A DNA stretch of 64,000 nt from Acidobacteriota bacterium (lineage in GTDB: Bacteria; Acidobacteriota; Aminicenantia; Aminicenantales; Saccharicenantaceae), in the NCBI GenBank assembly GCA_014894455.1, contig JADBLN010000102.1:48537-112536 (forward strand). The letters run 5' to 3'. Shown here in pieces: positions 62,674-64,000 of this stretch. The number at the start of each line of letters is the position of its first letter. Position 1 is the stretch's first letter. The notes below the pieces were generated by a model. The model searched no databases. It was not told where the DNA came from and saw only the letters and a list, made by a program, of their open reading frames with translations. Both the position numbers and the translations under genes were made by a program.

Positions 62674-64000
62674 CTACCAGGCGATGCCGTAGTCCTCGCC
62701 GTAGTTGCTGCTGCCGCCCCAGAACGTGCCGTGGGCGCGATCGAAGAAAATGGCATTGATCGGGCCCGAGGTGTATTTTTTGACGGACAAAACGTATCCC
62801 ATGGCCCGTAGCTTCTGCCGGACCTCCTCCGGGACCTTGGCGTTGACGTCGAGCTTTCCGGGAAATGTCCTATGGTCGTTGAACGAATCATGCATCTGGT
62901 AGCTCGTGATGTTGGCCGCTTCGCAGGCCTCCTGGACGTTCATCCCGAATTCGACCACGTCGAGGAAGAACTGGAGCAGGTTCTGGTCCTGAGTGTCACC
63001 GCCCTGGACGGCGAAGGATAGGAAGGGGCTGCCGTCTTTCAGGGCCAGCCCGGGTGTCAGCGTCGACCGCGGCCTTTTTCCGGGCGCGATGACGTTGAAA
63101 GGGTTCTTGGATTCGTCGAGGACGAAACTCTGGGCCCGTTGGCTCATGCCGACTCCCGTCTTTCCGGCGATGACGCACGGGACCCAGCCCCCGCTGGGGG
63201 TCACGGAAACGACCCAGCCCTCTTTGTCTGCCGCCTGGATGGACGTCGTCCCGGTCCGGAAGGCTTCCTCGACGGCTTCCGCCTCCCCGGGCCCAAGCGC
63301 CCCGGCCTCTCCCCGGCCCCAATCGAGCCAGCGGTCGAGAAAGCCGAGGTACGGGTTGGTTTTCCCTTCGTAGGGATAGGGATCGCCCGGCTTGGCGCCG
63401 GCATCGTTCTTATCGCTTCGGATGAGCTTGGCCCGGTCTCTGGCGTAGGCTTTCGACAGCAGGCCGCGGAGGGGCTCTTGCGGCGGAAAATATGGATCGC
63501 CGTAATAGAAATCCCGGTCGGCGAAGGCCAGGTTCATGACCTGGTAGAGCGTGTGGATGTAGGCGGCGCTGTTGAGGCCCATGGCTTTGAGGTCGACCGT
63601 CTCGAGCATGTTCAGAGCCTGGAGCATGACCGGGCCCTGGACCCAGCTCGTGAGCTTGTAAACCTCGATGCCCTTGTAGTCGGTCGACACGGGCTCTTCG
63701 ATGTGGACCTTCCAAGCGGCCAAATCGTCCATGGTGATGAGTGCGCCTTGTTCGTGCGAGCCCCGGACGAATTCCCGTCCGATGTCGCCCTTATAGAAAC
63801 GGTCGTAGGCGGCGTAGATCGCTTCTTTCCTGTTTTTCCCTCCGGCCAGGGCCCGCCCTTCGGCCTCGATGAGTTTCTTCAGGGTGTCGAGGAGGTCCGG
63901 TTGACGGAAGACCTCGCCGGGATACGGCGCCTCGCGCGGCTCGTCGAGGTGCGGTAGGAAGACGGCCCGGGAATAAGGCCAGCCCTTGATCTTGTCCTTG
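62674..64000 (-). CDS. ggt: gamma-glutamyltranspeptidase, 3' portion (5' end beyond window)
   Basis: Frame runs open to the window edge. ...FRQPDLLDTLKKLIEAEG...FYKGDI...ITMDDLAAW... (large subunit), then the nucleophile segment GTTSIQAADKEGWVV and the small subunit, colinear with E. coli GGT. Confidence 0.85.
   Translation of the reverse strand, partial: KDKIKGWPYSRAVFLPHLDEPREAPYPGEVFRQPDLLDTLKKLIEAEGRALAGGKNRKEAIYAAYDRFYKGDIGREFVRGSHEQGALITMDDLAAWKVHIEEPVSTDYKGIEVYKLTSWVQGPVMLQALNMLETVDLKAMGLNSAAYIHTLYQVMNLAFADRDFYYGDPYFPPQEPLRGLLSKAYARDRAKLIRSDKNDAGAKPGDPYPYEGKTNPYLGFLDRWLDWGRGEAGALGPGEAEAVEEAFRTGTTSIQAADKEGWVVSVTPSGGWVPCVIAGKTGVGMSQRAQSFVLDESKNPFNVIAPGKRPRSTLTPGLALKDGSPFLSFAVQGGDTQDQNLLQFFLDVVEFGMNVQEACEAANITSYQMHDSFNDHRTFPGKLDVNAKVPEEVRQKLRAMGYVLSVKKYTSGPINAIFFDRAHGTFWGGSSNYGEDYGIAW

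Overview
High-GC bacterial chromosomal window (codon usage and gene content suggest an Acidobacteria-like Gram-negative). Gene calls rest on the ORF track plus recognition of protein families from memory; no searches were run. The window is mostly housekeeping genes, and the long high-GC antisense ORFs in the track were rejected as spurious. Main content, in order:
- pgpA (3' fragment), cinA, thpR, plsY, gpsA, a TPR lipoprotein and ahcY.
- A pair of secreted M16-family proteins that have both lost the HxxEH zinc motif.
- An FTCD-like formiminotransferase-cyclodeaminase, a znuACB operon divergent from pepD, and ridA.
- An FmdB zinc-ribbon gene followed by hyuA, hyuB and a GHL10 gene.
- An RfaH/UpxY-like NusG paralog downstream of pepP.
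- A purF homolog whose glutaminase domain is degenerate (Cys1 replaced by Gly).
- A small AT-rich island (DUF4177 membrane protein) next to an initiator tRNA-fMet, followed by nuoJKLMN with its own promoter.
- A secreted protein, an MFS transporter and a small membrane protein.
- RNase P RNA (rnpB) whose 5' 88 nt are overlapped by the 3' end of an NtrC-type sigma-54 activator. That activator sits divergent from a perfect sigma-54 promoter driving a second M16 peptidase pair (one active, one inactive subunit).
- PFOR, recR, ybaB, dnaX, an EamA transporter, a Trp/Gly-rich lipoprotein and ornithine aminotransferase.
- Two tRNA-Ser genes flanking hom, then tadA, thrC (zinc-ribbon N-terminus) and hflKC.
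- An ACC-deaminase/D-Cys desulfhydrase family gene, a BNR/sortilin protein, saccharopine dehydrogenase and a URO-D family gene.
- An Omp85-like outer-membrane barrel, an MscL fused to a C-terminal zinc ribbon, a GH127 gene and a ggt fragment running off the window end.
No CRISPR array, transposase or integrase was seen.
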